From Elusimicrobiota bacterium (GTDB lineage Bacteria; Elusimicrobiota; Elusimicrobia; FEN-1173), in contig JADJJR010000001.1 in NCBI GenBank assembly GCA_016706425.1, positions 701,973 to 765,972 of the forward strand: 64,000 bases of DNA. Reading direction: 5' to 3'. Position 1 is the stretch's first letter. Each line of letters starts with the position of its first letter. Shown piece by piece: positions 1 to 9,653 of the stretch. The position numbers and the translations under genes are program-made. The notes beneath the pieces are model-generated. The model ran no database searches and was not told the origin of the DNA. It was given only the letters and a program-made list of their open reading frames with translations.

Positions 1-3000
1 TGAGGACCCAAAGAAAGCGGTTCATTGTATCCGTCGGGATGTCGATCCTTCTGACGGCGCAGGGCGTTTTGACCCACGCCGCCGAAGGGGCCTTTTGGCG
101 TGACCGTCGATCGGCCCGGGCGGTGTTGATGAATTCGCCAGCGGTCGCCACCGGCAGTTCCGCCTGGGCGGAAGAGCGACCCCACCCATCCGTTCAAACG
201 GCCCGCGTGGTCCTAAACCATTCCGTTTTGGTCTCCCCTCAAACTCAAGACATTTTGGCGGACCTCGCGGGTCCCCACGCGACGGTGTCGGACATTCGCG
301 TCGCCCGCCGGCCGGGCGCCCCGTGGGTCATTCACATCCAGGACATTCATGGAAACCGTTCGGCCCAGATGCACATCGCCCGACTGCTGGACCGTTTGTC
401 CGGCGCCGGCCTGACCTGGGTGGGGGTCGAAGGGGCCGAAGGACCTTTTGATCTGGGCGGATTTCGGGACTGGCCGGACCGATCCCTCACGCGCGCCATT
501 GCCGACAGTTTTTTGCATGAGGGATTTTTGACCGGGGTCGAACACGCCGCCATTACATTGTCCCCCCCCATTCGCCTGTGGGGCGTGGAGCGGGATGCGC
601 TTTACCAAGCCAATGTGGATGCGCTTTTGAGAGTGGATGGCCCCGTTCGCCGCCTGCGCGGTCAAATCAATTCCTGGAAAAGCGCGCTGGAGGCCCATAA
701 ACCCCGTGTTTACGGCCCCGCGCTGTCACGGTGGGACCGGGCAAGGCGCGCCTGTCAAGGCGGTGATATGGGGTATGGCGCCTATGCGCGGGTTCTCGCC
801 GGACTCTTAAACGAAGATTTTAAAGATCTGCCGCACATGGCGGCGTTGGCGCGGGCCGCGGTCATGGAATCGCGGTTGGACCCGGGCGCGGCGCGGGCCG
901 AGGCCGAACGGATGGCCCAATCGCTGGGGCGCGCGCTGGACCGCGCGTCGATGCTCCGCTGGGCCCGGCTGGCCGCCGAGCACCGGGCGGGCCGGTTGAA
1001 TGGAAAGGTGTTTCGGGAAATGACCGCCCCATTGATGGCCGCGGCCGGTCTTTCGTGGAGAGAATTCCCTTCCCTGTCGACCGGTTTCGAGTACAACGGT
1101 CTGGCCGAGTCCCTGGACCGACGAGCGCTCCTGCGTGAAATGGCCCGGGCGGAGGAGAGGGTTCGGACCCGTTTGCCCCGAACGGAAGGGGAACGGCGTC
1201 TGGCCCGGATCGATCACGATGTGGACCTGGCGGAGCGAATGGTGTGCCATCGTCTGCGCCTGGAGGATTGGGAACAATACCTGGCCCGCCGCTTGATGAT
1301 CGGCCGATGGGAAACGGCGAATTTTTCCGGCGCGGGCTGGAGGGAGGAGGATCTGGAGGAGGTGGAACAATTCTACCGCCTCGCCCTGGAAAGAAATGAT
1401 GAGTTTGTTAAAAACATCCGGGGGATGGCACCTTCTATCTCGGTGCTGGTGGCCGGGGGGTTCCACACCGACGGCTTGACCCGCCTGTGGCGGGACCAGG
1501 GCGTGTCCTACGTGGTCCTCACTCCCCACGCGGTCGTGGACGGCGTGAACGAGGACCCTGCCCGGTCGCTCTTTTCGCGGGACCCGTTGCCTTTGGACCG
1601 CCTGTTTACGGCGGACCGGATATCCCTGGCGCCGCGGCCTCTCCTGTCGCCATCTCCGTTTGTGGAGAAACATCGCTCTCTTTTACGAACACTTTATTCG
1701 ATGATTCAGATTTGGATGGCGCGCCGGTCGGCGATTGATGAGGCCCCAGGGGGGGACGCCGCGTGGGAGGATGTCCATTGGGAAGAACCTGCGCTCCATA
1801 TGACGCGGGGAGGCGTCGAATATCAACTGGAACCGGCGGGGAAGCAGGAAAAAGCGTCTCTGGAGCTACAAATAAGGAATCAACGGCTGGCCTTCTCGGT
1901 GGTGTCCCACGCGGCCGCGACGGCGACAGGCCGATGGGGGCCGGGTGCCAAAATAACATTGTTTGCGTCGCTCGCGTTCCTCAGTATGCCCGCATGGGCC
2001 GCCACGACCCCCCTGGGCGGATGGATGATGTGGCCCGCGTTGATTTTCGCTTGGCCGATGCGGATCGTGTTGCCCTGGGTGGAAAACGTTTGGCGCACAT
2101 GGACTCGCGCCGATGTCATCGTGGGCGATCCCGGCGGTTTCCGTGTCACATCGGGCCCGGCTGTTTTATGGACCGAGTCGGCCCTCGCCGGGCGTGTCGG
2201 AAACCCTTTTCGGCTGATGGCATTCACCGTGGGTGATGTGGATTGGAATCGATGGTGGTCCCACCTCGATGATATACGCGCGTTGTTGGAGGGGGTTGCC
2301 GGATCCCCCAAAATTCAGTCCCTCCTGACGGGTTTAAATGAATTCTCCCGGGAACCCCTCTTTCCCCAGCGGGCCGGAAAACGCCTCGTGGTTCGGGCGC
2401 TCAATCGACTGGTGGCGGACAGGAATCTGTGGCAACGCCTGCCCATTGAGTTCGAGAGATTGAATATGGAAGCGAGGGACATCCTGGAGCGTGTGCGCGA
2501 GGTCGGGGCGGGAGGAGTCCCATCGCGTGCCATGTTTGCGCTCAATCGCCGGCTGTTGTTGGAGTTTTTTGGCCCGGCGTTGATCCCGGGACGGATCCAC
2601 ATCGTGCTGTTTGACGGCCTGTTGCACTCCGAACATTTCCGCCAACTGCACCGGATACACCCCTTCGCCGAGGCGTTCGTCTCGTCCGAGGGGAGTCCCA
2701 ATCAGCATTCCATTTTGGGGATGCTCAGTCGGTGGCCCCGACTGATGGCCGTGACCGGCGCGGGGGACCTGCATGCGTTGTGGGCGCACCGGCGCGGGGA
2801 GGTCCGGTCGGCCATTGTCGACGAATCGGGGTTGGTGGTGGTCAACCCCACCCCGGACCAAGACCGCTGGGCCCGTCGGCTCGGACTGGACCGGGACACA
2901 ATGAACGCGGCCGCCGGCCTGACGGAATTCAAATCGCGCGGGGCCGCCTCGTCCCCGGTGGATATCTACTTGAACGCCGCCTCCCCCGAAGCCATTCGCG

Positions 3001-4541
3001 AAGGGGTGGCCGGCGGCGCGGTGGGCGTGGGCCTGGTCCGGTTTGAGGATGTGTGGGGCGTGCGGACCCCGTTGACGGATTATGCGTTGGTTCTCACCCA
3101 GGACGAGATGGTCCCCGGCATGATTCGGCCCCTGGAGCCGCTTGTAAAAGCCGCCCTGGACGCAGATCTCCCCATCCATGTCCGAATGTTGGACGCTCAG
3201 GACGATAAATTGGATGGGCTGTTGGATGATATTGAAGAACGCGGGTTGGATTTTTTGCTTCATCATCCCATTGGCCAACGGTTGGCGGTGGCTCAACTTA
3301 TCGCGCTCGCCGAACTAAAAAATCGTTTTCCCGCGACCCGCTTGAGCGTTCTTTTCCCGGAGGTGAAATCCGTCCGAGACGTGGAGGAGATCTTTGAGCT
3401 CATCATGCAGGGCATGGTGGTCCGGCCGGGTCTGGCCGGGGCGTTAAAGCGCATTCCGGTGAGGCTGATGGTGGAGTCTCCTGTGCCGGACGAAGAATTT
3501 GTGCGAATGATTTCCATGGAGGGGGTGTCCGGGATAAGTTTCGGTTCCAATTCCTGGTTGGAGGCTTATTACGGCGTCAAGCGAGGCACACCGGAATCCC
3601 GGGAACACGAGACCCAGTTGAATTTGCCGCTCCTCTTCGACCTGCAACGATATATGGATCTGGTGAGCCGGGTGAACAGTGATCGGTCCCCGGAAACGGA
3701 ATTGAGCGTGCATGTGTGCGGAAATTTCGCCGCCCGGGACGATGCCCTGGGGCTTTGGACGGGGCTGGCGCGACGTTATCCCAATGTGCCCTTGCGGTTG
3801 AGTGTGCCGCCCAAACAGGCCAGACGGATAGGTTTTATTTTGCGCCATGTGCCGGAGGATTTTTCGATGAACTTGCTGGACGACCTATTAACCAAAGCGC
3901 GGACCTACAAGTCCATCGCTGACCGATCCGCCGAAACGGGCGCGGATGTGAATACCCTGGGGGGACAACGCTATGATCAGTTTCGACTCAACGCCTTGCA
4001 TCACTTTGCCCAGCGGCGGGTTGAAGGGTTTTTGAATTGGATCACACTTTTGATTCGAACATCGCCGGACTTTCAACGGTTAAAAGACACGATTGAAAAC
4101 GGTCAACCCCCCTCCCGTTCTCAGAACGGGGCCGACGGGAGGTGGTTGCCGGCTTTCATCCCTGTGGGCGTGGGGATGGGGGAGGGCGCCGGGATATGGG
4201 AGAAAACGGCCCCTCTCTGGTCCGTTCCGGATGCGATGCTGTGGGGGATGGGATTGCTTTTTGCCGTGGGTCTGGCCGCGGTCTATGGAATCCAGCGGGG
4301 GGGCGGGGTCAAAGGGCTTTTGTTAAGCGTCAATCCATGGGCTCGACCCTCTCTGTGGACGAAGGGACTTGGGTTAAGAGGGGGAGATAAGACGGAAGAT
4401 GGCTCCACCGCGCCCGCCACGACGTCATGGAGCGGCGCGACGGCGTTGGACCCTCTCCTGTTGGAGGACCCGCGGTCCCCCCTGGAGGAGTCGCTGGAGC
4501 GTTTTCGACTGATGCGCGCGGCCTTGAACAGGTCCGCGTGA
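1..4541 (+). CDS. PEP-utilising-enzyme family multidomain protein (>1500 aa). Unknown N-terminal ~560 aa, a central phosphohistidine swivel domain, a PEP-utilizer TIM-barrel domain and a C-terminal extension. Probably 5'-partial; the first in-window ATG is at 39.
   Basis: The frame is open from the window edge to 4541. Motifs match the PEP-utilizer mobile His domain (NQHSILGMLSRWPRLMAV..GDLHALWAHRRGEVRSAIVDESGLVVVNP) and the TIM barrel (GLVRFEDVWG...VESPVP). A paralogous N-terminus at 63206-64000 aligns to residues upstream of the first in-window Met, so the real start probably lies before the window. Confidence 0.6.
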   Translation, partial: RTQRKRFIVSVGMSILLTAQGVLTHAAEGAFWRDRRSARAVLMNSPAVATGSSAWAEERPHPSVQTARVVLNHSVLVSPQTQDILADLAGPHATVSDIRVARRPGAPWVIHIQDIHGNRSAQMHIARLLDRLSGAGLTWVGVEGAEGPFDLGGFRDWPDRSLTRAIADSFLHEGFLTGVEHAAITLSPPIRLWGVERDALYQANVDALLRVDGPVRRLRGQINSWKSALEAHKPRVYGPALSRWDRARRACQGGDMGYGAYARVLAGLLNEDFKDLPHMAALARAAVMESRLDPGAARAEAERMAQSLGRALDRASMLRWARLAAEHRAGRLNGKVFREMTAPLMAAAGLSWREFPSLSTGFEYNGLAESLDRRALLREMARAEERVRTRLPRTEGERRLARIDHDVDLAERMVCHRLRLEDWEQYLARRLMIGRWETANFSGAGWREEDLEEVEQFYRLALERNDEFVKNIRGMAPSISVLVAGGFHTDGLTRLWRDQGVSYVVLTPHAVVDGVNEDPARSLFSRDPLPLDRLFTADRISLAPRPLLSPSPFVEKHRSLLRTLYSMIQIWMARRSAIDEAPGGDAAWEDVHWEEPALHMTRGGVEYQLEPAGKQEKASLELQIRNQRLAFSVVSHAAATATGRWGPGAKITLFASLAFLSMPAWAATTPLGGWMMWPALIFAWPMRIVLPWVENVWRTWTRADVIVGDPGGFRVTSGPAVLWTESALAGRVGNPFRLMAFTVGDVDWNRWWSHLDDIRALLEGVAGSPKIQSLLTGLNEFSREPLFPQRAGKRLVVRALNRLVADRNLWQRLPIEFERLNMEARDILERVREVGAGGVPSRAMFALNRRLLLEFFGPALIPGRIHIVLFDGLLHSEHFRQLHRIHPFAEAFVSSEGSPNQHSILGMLSRWPRLMAVTGAGDLHALWAHRRGEVRSAIVDESGLVVVNPTPDQDRWARRLGLDRDTMNAAAGLTEFKSRGAASSPVDIYLNAASPEAIREGVAGGAVGVGLVRFEDVWGVRTPLTDYALVLTQDEMVPGMIRPLEPLVKAALDADLPIHVRMLDAQDDKLDGLLDDIEERGLDFLLHHPIGQRLAVAQLIALAELKNRFPATRLSVLFPEVKSVRDVEEIFELIMQGMVVRPGLAGALKRIPVRLMVESPVPDEEFVRMISMEGVSGISFGSNSWLEAYYGVKRGTPESREHETQLNLPLLFDLQRYMDLVSRVNSDRSPETELSVHVCGNFAARDDALGLWTGLARRYPNVPLRLSVPPKQARRIGFILRHVPEDFSMNLLDDLLTKARTYKSIADRSAETGADVNTLGGQRYDQFRLNALHHFAQRRVEGFLNWITLLIRTSPDFQRLKDTIENGQPPSRSQNGADGRWLPAFIPVGVGMGEGAGIWEKTAPLWSVPDAMLWGMGLLFAVGLAAVYGIQRGGGVKGLLLSVNPWARPSLWTKGLGLRGGDKTEDGSTAPATTSWSGATALDPLLLEDPRSPLEESLERFRLMRAALNRSA

Positions 4542-4577
4542 TTTAAAAGTGGCGCCAACCCGGAGAGGGATGCTGTT

Positions 4578-4784
4578 ATGCCCCGTCGCCTTTTAACGGA
4601 ATGCTGGCGTCCCGCCCCCGCCTTTGGGAGACCAACACCGTGCGCGATCGATGAAATGGGGTGTCCCCCCTGTGGAACGATTTGGAAGGAGGCGTTGTTG
4701 CTGTGTCCCCATTGTCTCGGTTGTTTAGTTAAAGATCGTTTAATGACGAAAGATATCTATCATGATGTCGCTGGAAAATTGTGA
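4578..4784 (+). CDS. hypothetical small Cys-rich protein (two CxxC pairs, zinc-ribbon-like)
   Basis: 68-aa ORF in the intergenic gap before ppx. A GGAGAGGG SD-like sequence precedes the ATG. Motifs CPPCG and CPHC. No homology recognised. Confidence 0.25.
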   Translation: MPRRLLTECWRPAPAFGRPTPCAIDEMGCPPCGTIWKEALLLCPHCLGCLVKDRLMTKDIYHDVAGKL

Positions 4785-4894
4785 TTCCATTTGGATTGGG
4801 TGGGGGGAATTGAAAGCGGTGGATCTTCTGGACCTCGCCCGGCGGGCGCTCAAGGCCGCGCGGGTCGTGGCCCCCAGCGCCCGACCGAATCCGC

Positions 4895-4900
4895 TATAAT
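4895..4900 (+). promoter_or_regulatory. candidate -10 box (TATAAT) upstream of ppx
   Basis: A perfect TATAAT lies 12 nt before the ppx ATG at 4913. No clear -35. This would give a very short leader. Confidence 0.25.
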
Positions 4901-4912
4901 CCCGTCGAGAAC

Positions 4913-6430
4913 ATGCGACTCGCCTTGATTGATTTGGGCACCAACGCGGTGCGTTTCGATGTCGTCGACCTCGGTCCCGGGGGCGAGGCCCGCCGCTTGC
5001 ACCGCGAACGGTTGGCCGTGCGGCTGGGGGAGGGGGTTTTTCAAACCGGACGCCTCGGTCGCGCCGCCATGAACCGCGCGCTGGCGGCTTTTGAAAGTTT
5101 CCAAAAAACCATCCGGGACCTGGGGGTGGAGCGCGTCACGGCTTTCGGCACCAGCGCCCTGCGGGATTCCGCCAACAGCGACATTTTCCTGGCGACGATC
5201 AAGCGGCGGACCGGCATCGACGTCCGCGTGATCTCCGGTCAAGAGGAAGCGCGGCTCATCGCCCAGGGCATCCTCGCCCACGAGGAACGCGACGCGCGCG
5301 ACCGGGTCGCCCTGGTGGACATCGGCGGCGGCAGTGTCGAAGTGACCCTTTGCCGGGGCCGACGCATTCTCCGCTCCACAAGTTTTAAATTGGGCGTGGC
5401 CCGGCTTCAGCAGGTTTTTCTCAAAACGGTTCCCCCGGCCCGCGCCGGCGGCGAGAACGCTCCCCTCGTCAAATTGCGGCGGCACATCCGCAGCCTGCTC
5501 GCCGAAGGGGCTCCCCGGGGCGGTTGGCCCCGGGCCGCCCGGGTCATCGGTTCGGCGGGCACGGTGCGCGCCCTGGACCGCGTCCACCGAGCGGACGGCG
5601 GATCGGTCCTTGACGCCGAGGCCCTCCGCCGTTGGGCGGACCGGTTCGCCCGTCTCGGCCGCGTGGGGCTGGCCCGCGTCCCCGCCATGGATCCCAAACG
5701 GATCGACACCATCCTCGCGGGGGCGGTCGTTCTGGAGGAAATTGTGCGAGCCGTCCGGGCCGACCGTGTCGAAACGACCGATTTCGCCCTCCGGGACGGC
5801 ATGCTGGAAGAGGAGGCCCGGGCCATTCGCGGGGCGGGGTCGGCCCTCGATTTCCACCTGAAGGATGTTTTCGAGCGGGCGGTCCGGTGGGGTTTGCCGT
5901 CCCGGCATCTCCGTCATGTGGAGTCCTTCGCGCGGGCCCTTTTCGACCGTTTGGCGCCTTTGCACCGATTGGCCCGGCCCTGGCGGGATTATTTGGTGGC
6001 CGCGGCGTGGGTTCAAGACGCGGGCGAGGCCGTCAGTCCGGTCCACCACGAGCGGCATTCCTATTACATGGTCAAGAACGGCGACTTGCCGGGACTGGAT
6101 CCCTGGGAACGGGAATTCATCGGGCAATTGGTCCTCTGGCACAAGGGGGGAAAGTTGGATCGCAAAGAAATCCCCCTGGAGGAGACGGTCCGGCGATCGG
6201 CGTTTTTCAAGCTTTTGGCGTTGCTGCGTATTGTGGACGCCCTGGAGAAATCCCGGGCTCACCTGGTCGTGCTTCGTGCGGTCCGACGGGAACGGGGCCG
6301 GGTCCGCTTGGATTTGGGGGGAGAACAATCCGCCGTGGATTTGGCGGTTCTGCGCGTGGAACAGAAAAAAGAGCTCTTCGAAAAGATCTTCGGCCTTTCC
6401 CTCATCGCCCGGTCCGGACGAGCGCGGTAA
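4913..6430 (+). CDS. ppx: exopolyphosphatase / guanosine pentaphosphate phosphohydrolase (Ppx/GppA family, with C-terminal HD domain)
   Basis: N-terminal ALIDLGTNAVRFDVV actin-like ATPase fold motif. C-terminal HD-type region (HHERHSYYMV). The antisense ORF 4850-6328 is rejected. Confidence 0.85.
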   Translation: MRLALIDLGTNAVRFDVVDLGPGGEARRLHRERLAVRLGEGVFQTGRLGRAAMNRALAAFESFQKTIRDLGVERVTAFGTSALRDSANSDIFLATIKRRTGIDVRVISGQEEARLIAQGILAHEERDARDRVALVDIGGGSVEVTLCRGRRILRSTSFKLGVARLQQVFLKTVPPARAGGENAPLVKLRRHIRSLLAEGAPRGGWPRAARVIGSAGTVRALDRVHRADGGSVLDAEALRRWADRFARLGRVGLARVPAMDPKRIDTILAGAVVLEEIVRAVRADRVETTDFALRDGMLEEEARAIRGAGSALDFHLKDVFERAVRWGLPSRHLRHVESFARALFDRLAPLHRLARPWRDYLVAAAWVQDAGEAVSPVHHERHSYYMVKNGDLPGLDPWEREFIGQLVLWHKGGKLDRKEIPLEETVRRSAFFKLLALLRIVDALEKSRAHLVVLRAVRRERGRVRLDLGGEQSAVDLAVLRVEQKKELFEKIFGLSLIARSGRAR

Positions 6431-6881
6431 GGGGGGAGGGGTTCCCCGGTTCGATCCACGCCCAACCGCCCTTGGCGAAGCGGGCCCGGGCGCCGGTTAA
6501 AATCCGCAGGGCCAGGGGCGCCCAATCCCCGTGCGTCGAAAGGACGACCAACCGCCCCGGTCGCCGAGGGAACCCCCGCAGGAAGCCCGCCACCCGGGCT
6601 CGGAATTCCAACGCGGTCTCGTCCGGGTCCCGTTCCCTCAAATCGGCATTCGTCTGAACCGTCCGGCCCAGCCGTTTCGCGAGAGGGGCCAGTGTCTCCA
6701 CGCAGCGCCGTTTGGGGCTGGACAGAAAGCGTGGGCGGGCGTCCGGCCCGAATTCCCGTAGGAAATCCTTTCGAAACCGTTTCGCTTGCTTTTTTCCCTT
6801 CCCACTCAGACCATTGTCCGCCGCGGGGTTTTTTAAAGATCGGTGGGCGTGCCGGAGCAGGATCAGGTTACGTTGAGGCAC
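6402..6881 (-). CDS. histidine phosphatase superfamily protein, SixA-like phosphohistidine phosphatase
   Basis: RHG-type motif LLRHAHRS at the N-terminus and a SixA-like size (159 aa). It overlaps the ppk stop by 14 nt and is co-oriented with ppk. Confidence 0.7.
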   Translation of the reverse strand: MPQRNLILLRHAHRSLKNPAADNGLSGKGKKQAKRFRKDFLREFGPDARPRFLSSPKRRCVETLAPLAKRLGRTVQTNADLRERDPDETALEFRARVAGFLRGFPRRPGRLVVLSTHGDWAPLALRILTGARARFAKGGWAWIEPGNPSPLTALVRTGR

Positions 6882-8964
6882 CGGCGGGGTTCCATTGGAG
6901 CGGTGTGCCGTGGTATCCGCGGCGGGCCATGTCCTCGAAAAAAAATTGCGCGCGCACGCCGTTGGGGCCGGAGGGCCTTTTGCGCCACGTTCCCTGGGGG
7001 GTGAGCTCCCGCGCTTTCACGGTGTCGGCCAGGTAAGTGGGAATCACGACCTCCCGCAGGAACCGCCGCAGACGATCGTCCAACACGGGAAAGGCGATTT
7101 CCAAACGGGAGAAGAAATTGCGCGGCATCCAATCCGCGCTCGACAGATACAACCGGTCCGCGTGACCGAAATAATAAATGCGGCTGTGTTCCAGGTAGCG
7201 ATCGACGATCGACCGCACGCGGATGTTGTCGCTGAGCCCCTTCACCCCCGGGATGAGCGAACAGGCCCCGCGCACCATCAAATCGATTTTGACCCCCGCC
7301 TGCGAGGCGCGGTAAAGGCTTTCAATGAGCCCCTCGTCCACGAGCGCGTTCACCTTGGCGAAGAGCGCCGCCGGGCGCCCCGCCCGGGCGGCGGCCGTTT
7401 CGTTTTCGATCAATTGCAACATCAGCCGGTGCAGGCGCGCCGGCGCGGGGACCAGTGTCTTGAAACCGGCGGGTGTTTCGCCGCGATGGAGGGCATCGAA
7501 AAAGAGGCGGGCGTCCTCCCCCAATTCCGGCCGGGCGCTCAACACCGCCAGGTCCTCGTAGGCGCGGGCGGTCGCGGCGTTGTAGTTGCCTGTCGACAAA
7601 TGGCTGTACAAACGTTCCCCGTCCTCCTCGCGGCGGGTCACCAGCGCGATCTTGGCGTGGACTTTGAGGCGGTTCAGGCCGAAGGCGACGTCCACTTTTT
7701 CCCGGCGCAGTTCCTCGGCCAGCCGCAGGTTGTTCATCTCATCGAAACGCGCGCGCAGTTCGATGACCACCCGGACTTTTTTCCCCGCCCGCGCGGCCGC
7801 CTTGAGCGCCGCGACCACCGGGGACAGCGCGTCCATACGGTAGACGGTTTGTTGGATCGAAGTCACGCGCGGGTCGGCGGCCGCCGCCCGGATGAAGTTG
7901 ACGTACCCCTCGAAACTCTCGTAGGGGTGGTGCAGGAGGATGTCCCGGTTTTTCAATTCCGCGAAAATGCGCTCGGGCGACGCGAGGGAGGTCAACAGGA
8001 AGGGTGTCGGGACGGGGAGGGAGAGGTCGGGGTCCTGTCGGAGGCGTTCCGGCAAACGCCCCAGGACGGACCAGAGTCCCGACAAGAAGAGACTGCCGGG
8101 AGCGGGGTGGACCTGACGCGGCGAGAGGCGCAGGGCGGCCACGCAGTGGTCCAATAGGTCCCGGGGGGTCTCCCCTTCGTATTGCAGGCGGACCGGGCGA
8201 CCCCGGTCCCGCGATCCGACCCCCGAACGGATGATGTCGGGCACGGCGGAGGGGTCCTCCTCCGAGAGTTCCACGGGAATGTCCCCGTCGCGCGTGAGGC
8301 GCAACAGGGTCGGCCCGTCTTTTAATCGAAAAGCCTCCGCCGCGTGGGTCAACAGGAGATCGTCCAAAAAGAAAACCCGGACGACGCCGTCCTCCCCTTC
8401 GTGGAGATGGACCGGCGCCAATCGACGCGAGACGGCGACCCAAAGGCCGGAGGGAAACACCAGGGCGCTTTTCAAATTTTCCAGACCGCCCAATCGGCTG
8501 GGGCGGAACGGTTCGGGCGGGGGGAGGTGGGGGAGGATCTCCCGGTGGAAGAGGTCCCGCCCTTGGAGGAATTCCGGCGTGTTGGCTCCGGCCCGCCGGA
8601 TGAGCCGCAGTCCCTTGGCGTCCAAGGCCCCCGCCAGCAGGTCGAAGGTCTCCGCTTGTTTGGCGGCGAAGGCGGTGACCATTTCCAGCAACGCGTCCCG
8701 CGTCCGCAGCAGGTGCCGCGCGGCCCGCCGGTTCTTCTGACCGCGGATGGACCGGTCCAGGGAAGCGTAGCGGATCATGAAAAATTCATCGAGGTTGGAG
8801 GAGGTGATCGCGAGGAACTTGAGCCGTTCCAGGAGAGGGTTCGAGCTGGTGCGCGCCTCGGCGAGCACGCGCTCGTTGAATTGGAGGGTCCCCAGATCCC
8901 GCTGGATGAAGGGGCGCCCGGGCGAACTCAACAGATGGGGAAGCGTGGGGAGAAAGCGCGGCAC
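6868..8964 (-). CDS. ppk: polyphosphate kinase 1
   Basis: 698 aa. It aligns to PPK1 throughout (QFNERVLAEA..PLLERLKFLAITSSNLDEFFMIR; PLD-like C-terminal domains). Confidence 0.9.
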   Translation of the reverse strand: MPRFLPTLPHLLSSPGRPFIQRDLGTLQFNERVLAEARTSSNPLLERLKFLAITSSNLDEFFMIRYASLDRSIRGQKNRRAARHLLRTRDALLEMVTAFAAKQAETFDLLAGALDAKGLRLIRRAGANTPEFLQGRDLFHREILPHLPPPEPFRPSRLGGLENLKSALVFPSGLWVAVSRRLAPVHLHEGEDGVVRVFFLDDLLLTHAAEAFRLKDGPTLLRLTRDGDIPVELSEEDPSAVPDIIRSGVGSRDRGRPVRLQYEGETPRDLLDHCVAALRLSPRQVHPAPGSLFLSGLWSVLGRLPERLRQDPDLSLPVPTPFLLTSLASPERIFAELKNRDILLHHPYESFEGYVNFIRAAAADPRVTSIQQTVYRMDALSPVVAALKAAARAGKKVRVVIELRARFDEMNNLRLAEELRREKVDVAFGLNRLKVHAKIALVTRREEDGERLYSHLSTGNYNAATARAYEDLAVLSARPELGEDARLFFDALHRGETPAGFKTLVPAPARLHRLMLQLIENETAAARAGRPAALFAKVNALVDEGLIESLYRASQAGVKIDLMVRGACSLIPGVKGLSDNIRVRSIVDRYLEHSRIYYFGHADRLYLSSADWMPRNFFSRLEIAFPVLDDRLRRFLREVVIPTYLADTVKARELTPQGTWRKRPSGPNGVRAQFFFEDMARRGYHGTPLQWNPAGAST

Positions 8965-8978
8965 AGGGCCCCCCGGCC

Positions 8979-9653
8979 TTAAGAGACCGCCGCGTCCTCT
9001 TGGTGGCGAATGTCCTTGCCCAGGACCATGAACACCACGTCTTCGGCGATGTTGGTGGCGTGGTCGCCGATGCGCTCCATGTTTTTGGACAAAAGGATCA
9101 ATTCGACGAAGGCCTCCGAACGCGGTGGATCGGAGCGGATGAGGGAAATAAGGTCCTTCAGCGCTTGCGCCTTGAGCCGGTCTTCCTCGGCGTCCTCGGC
9201 CAGCACGCGTTGGGCCAGATCCACATCGCGGGTGGCGTAGGCCTCGAGGCTGTGGCGCAACATCCTTTGCGCGACTTCGGCCATGTTTTGCACCATGGCG
9301 ATTTGGGGCACCGGCGGCTCCTTGAAAAGGTGATAAAAGGCGGTTTGGGAGGCGTTGACCGCCATGTCGGCGATGCGCTCGAGGTCGTTGTTGATCTTCA
9401 TGGCGGCGGCCAAAAAGCGGAGGTCCCCGGCCATGGGTTGGTGCAGGGCGATGAGCTTGATGGCGATGTCGTCGATCTCGATGTGGAAGCGGTTGGCCTC
9501 CTCCTCGTGTCGAAACACCTCCTGCGTCAGCTCCGGATTGCGGTCGATGAGGGCCTTCACCGCTTTTTGGATCATCGTTTCGCAGAGGGCGCCCATGGCC
9601 AACAGGCGCCGGTCCAGGTCCTTTAAATCTCCGTCAAAATGTCGCTCGCTCAT
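8979..9653 (-). CDS. phoU: phosphate signalling complex protein PhoU
   Basis: PhoU two-repeat architecture ([15 protein letters not shown]; ERIADMAVN). Start set at the internal Met MSERHF, whose ATG overlaps the pstB stop (ATGA). The upstream part of the tracked ORF is an arginine- and histidine-rich low-complexity artefact. Confidence 0.85.
   Translation of the reverse strand: MSERHFDGDLKDLDRRLLAMGALCETMIQKAVKALIDRNPELTQEVFRHEEEANRFHIEIDDIAIKLIALHQPMAGDLRFLAAAMKINNDLERIADMAVNASQTAFYHLFKEPPVPQIAMVQNMAEVAQRMLRHSLEAYATRDVDLAQRVLAEDAEEDRLKAQALKDLISLIRSDPPRSEAFVELILLSKNMERIGDHATNIAEDVVFMVLGKDIRHQEDAAVS

Noticed and set aside
807-3296. Large antisense ORFs inside gene 1 (807-1673 -, 2334-3296 -, 1763-2236 +)
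   Set aside because: They sit on the opposite strand, or out of frame, of a gene with clear domain homology. They are proline- and arginine-rich and so GC-skew artefacts.
4850-6328. 492-aa minus-strand ORF opposite ppx
   Set aside because: Ppx/GppA homology lies on the plus strand. The antisense translation is low complexity.
6895-8157. 420-aa plus-strand ORF, and several 60-230-aa ORFs, opposite ppk
   Set aside because: PPK1 homology is continuous on the minus strand. The antisense ORFs are G/R/P-rich.
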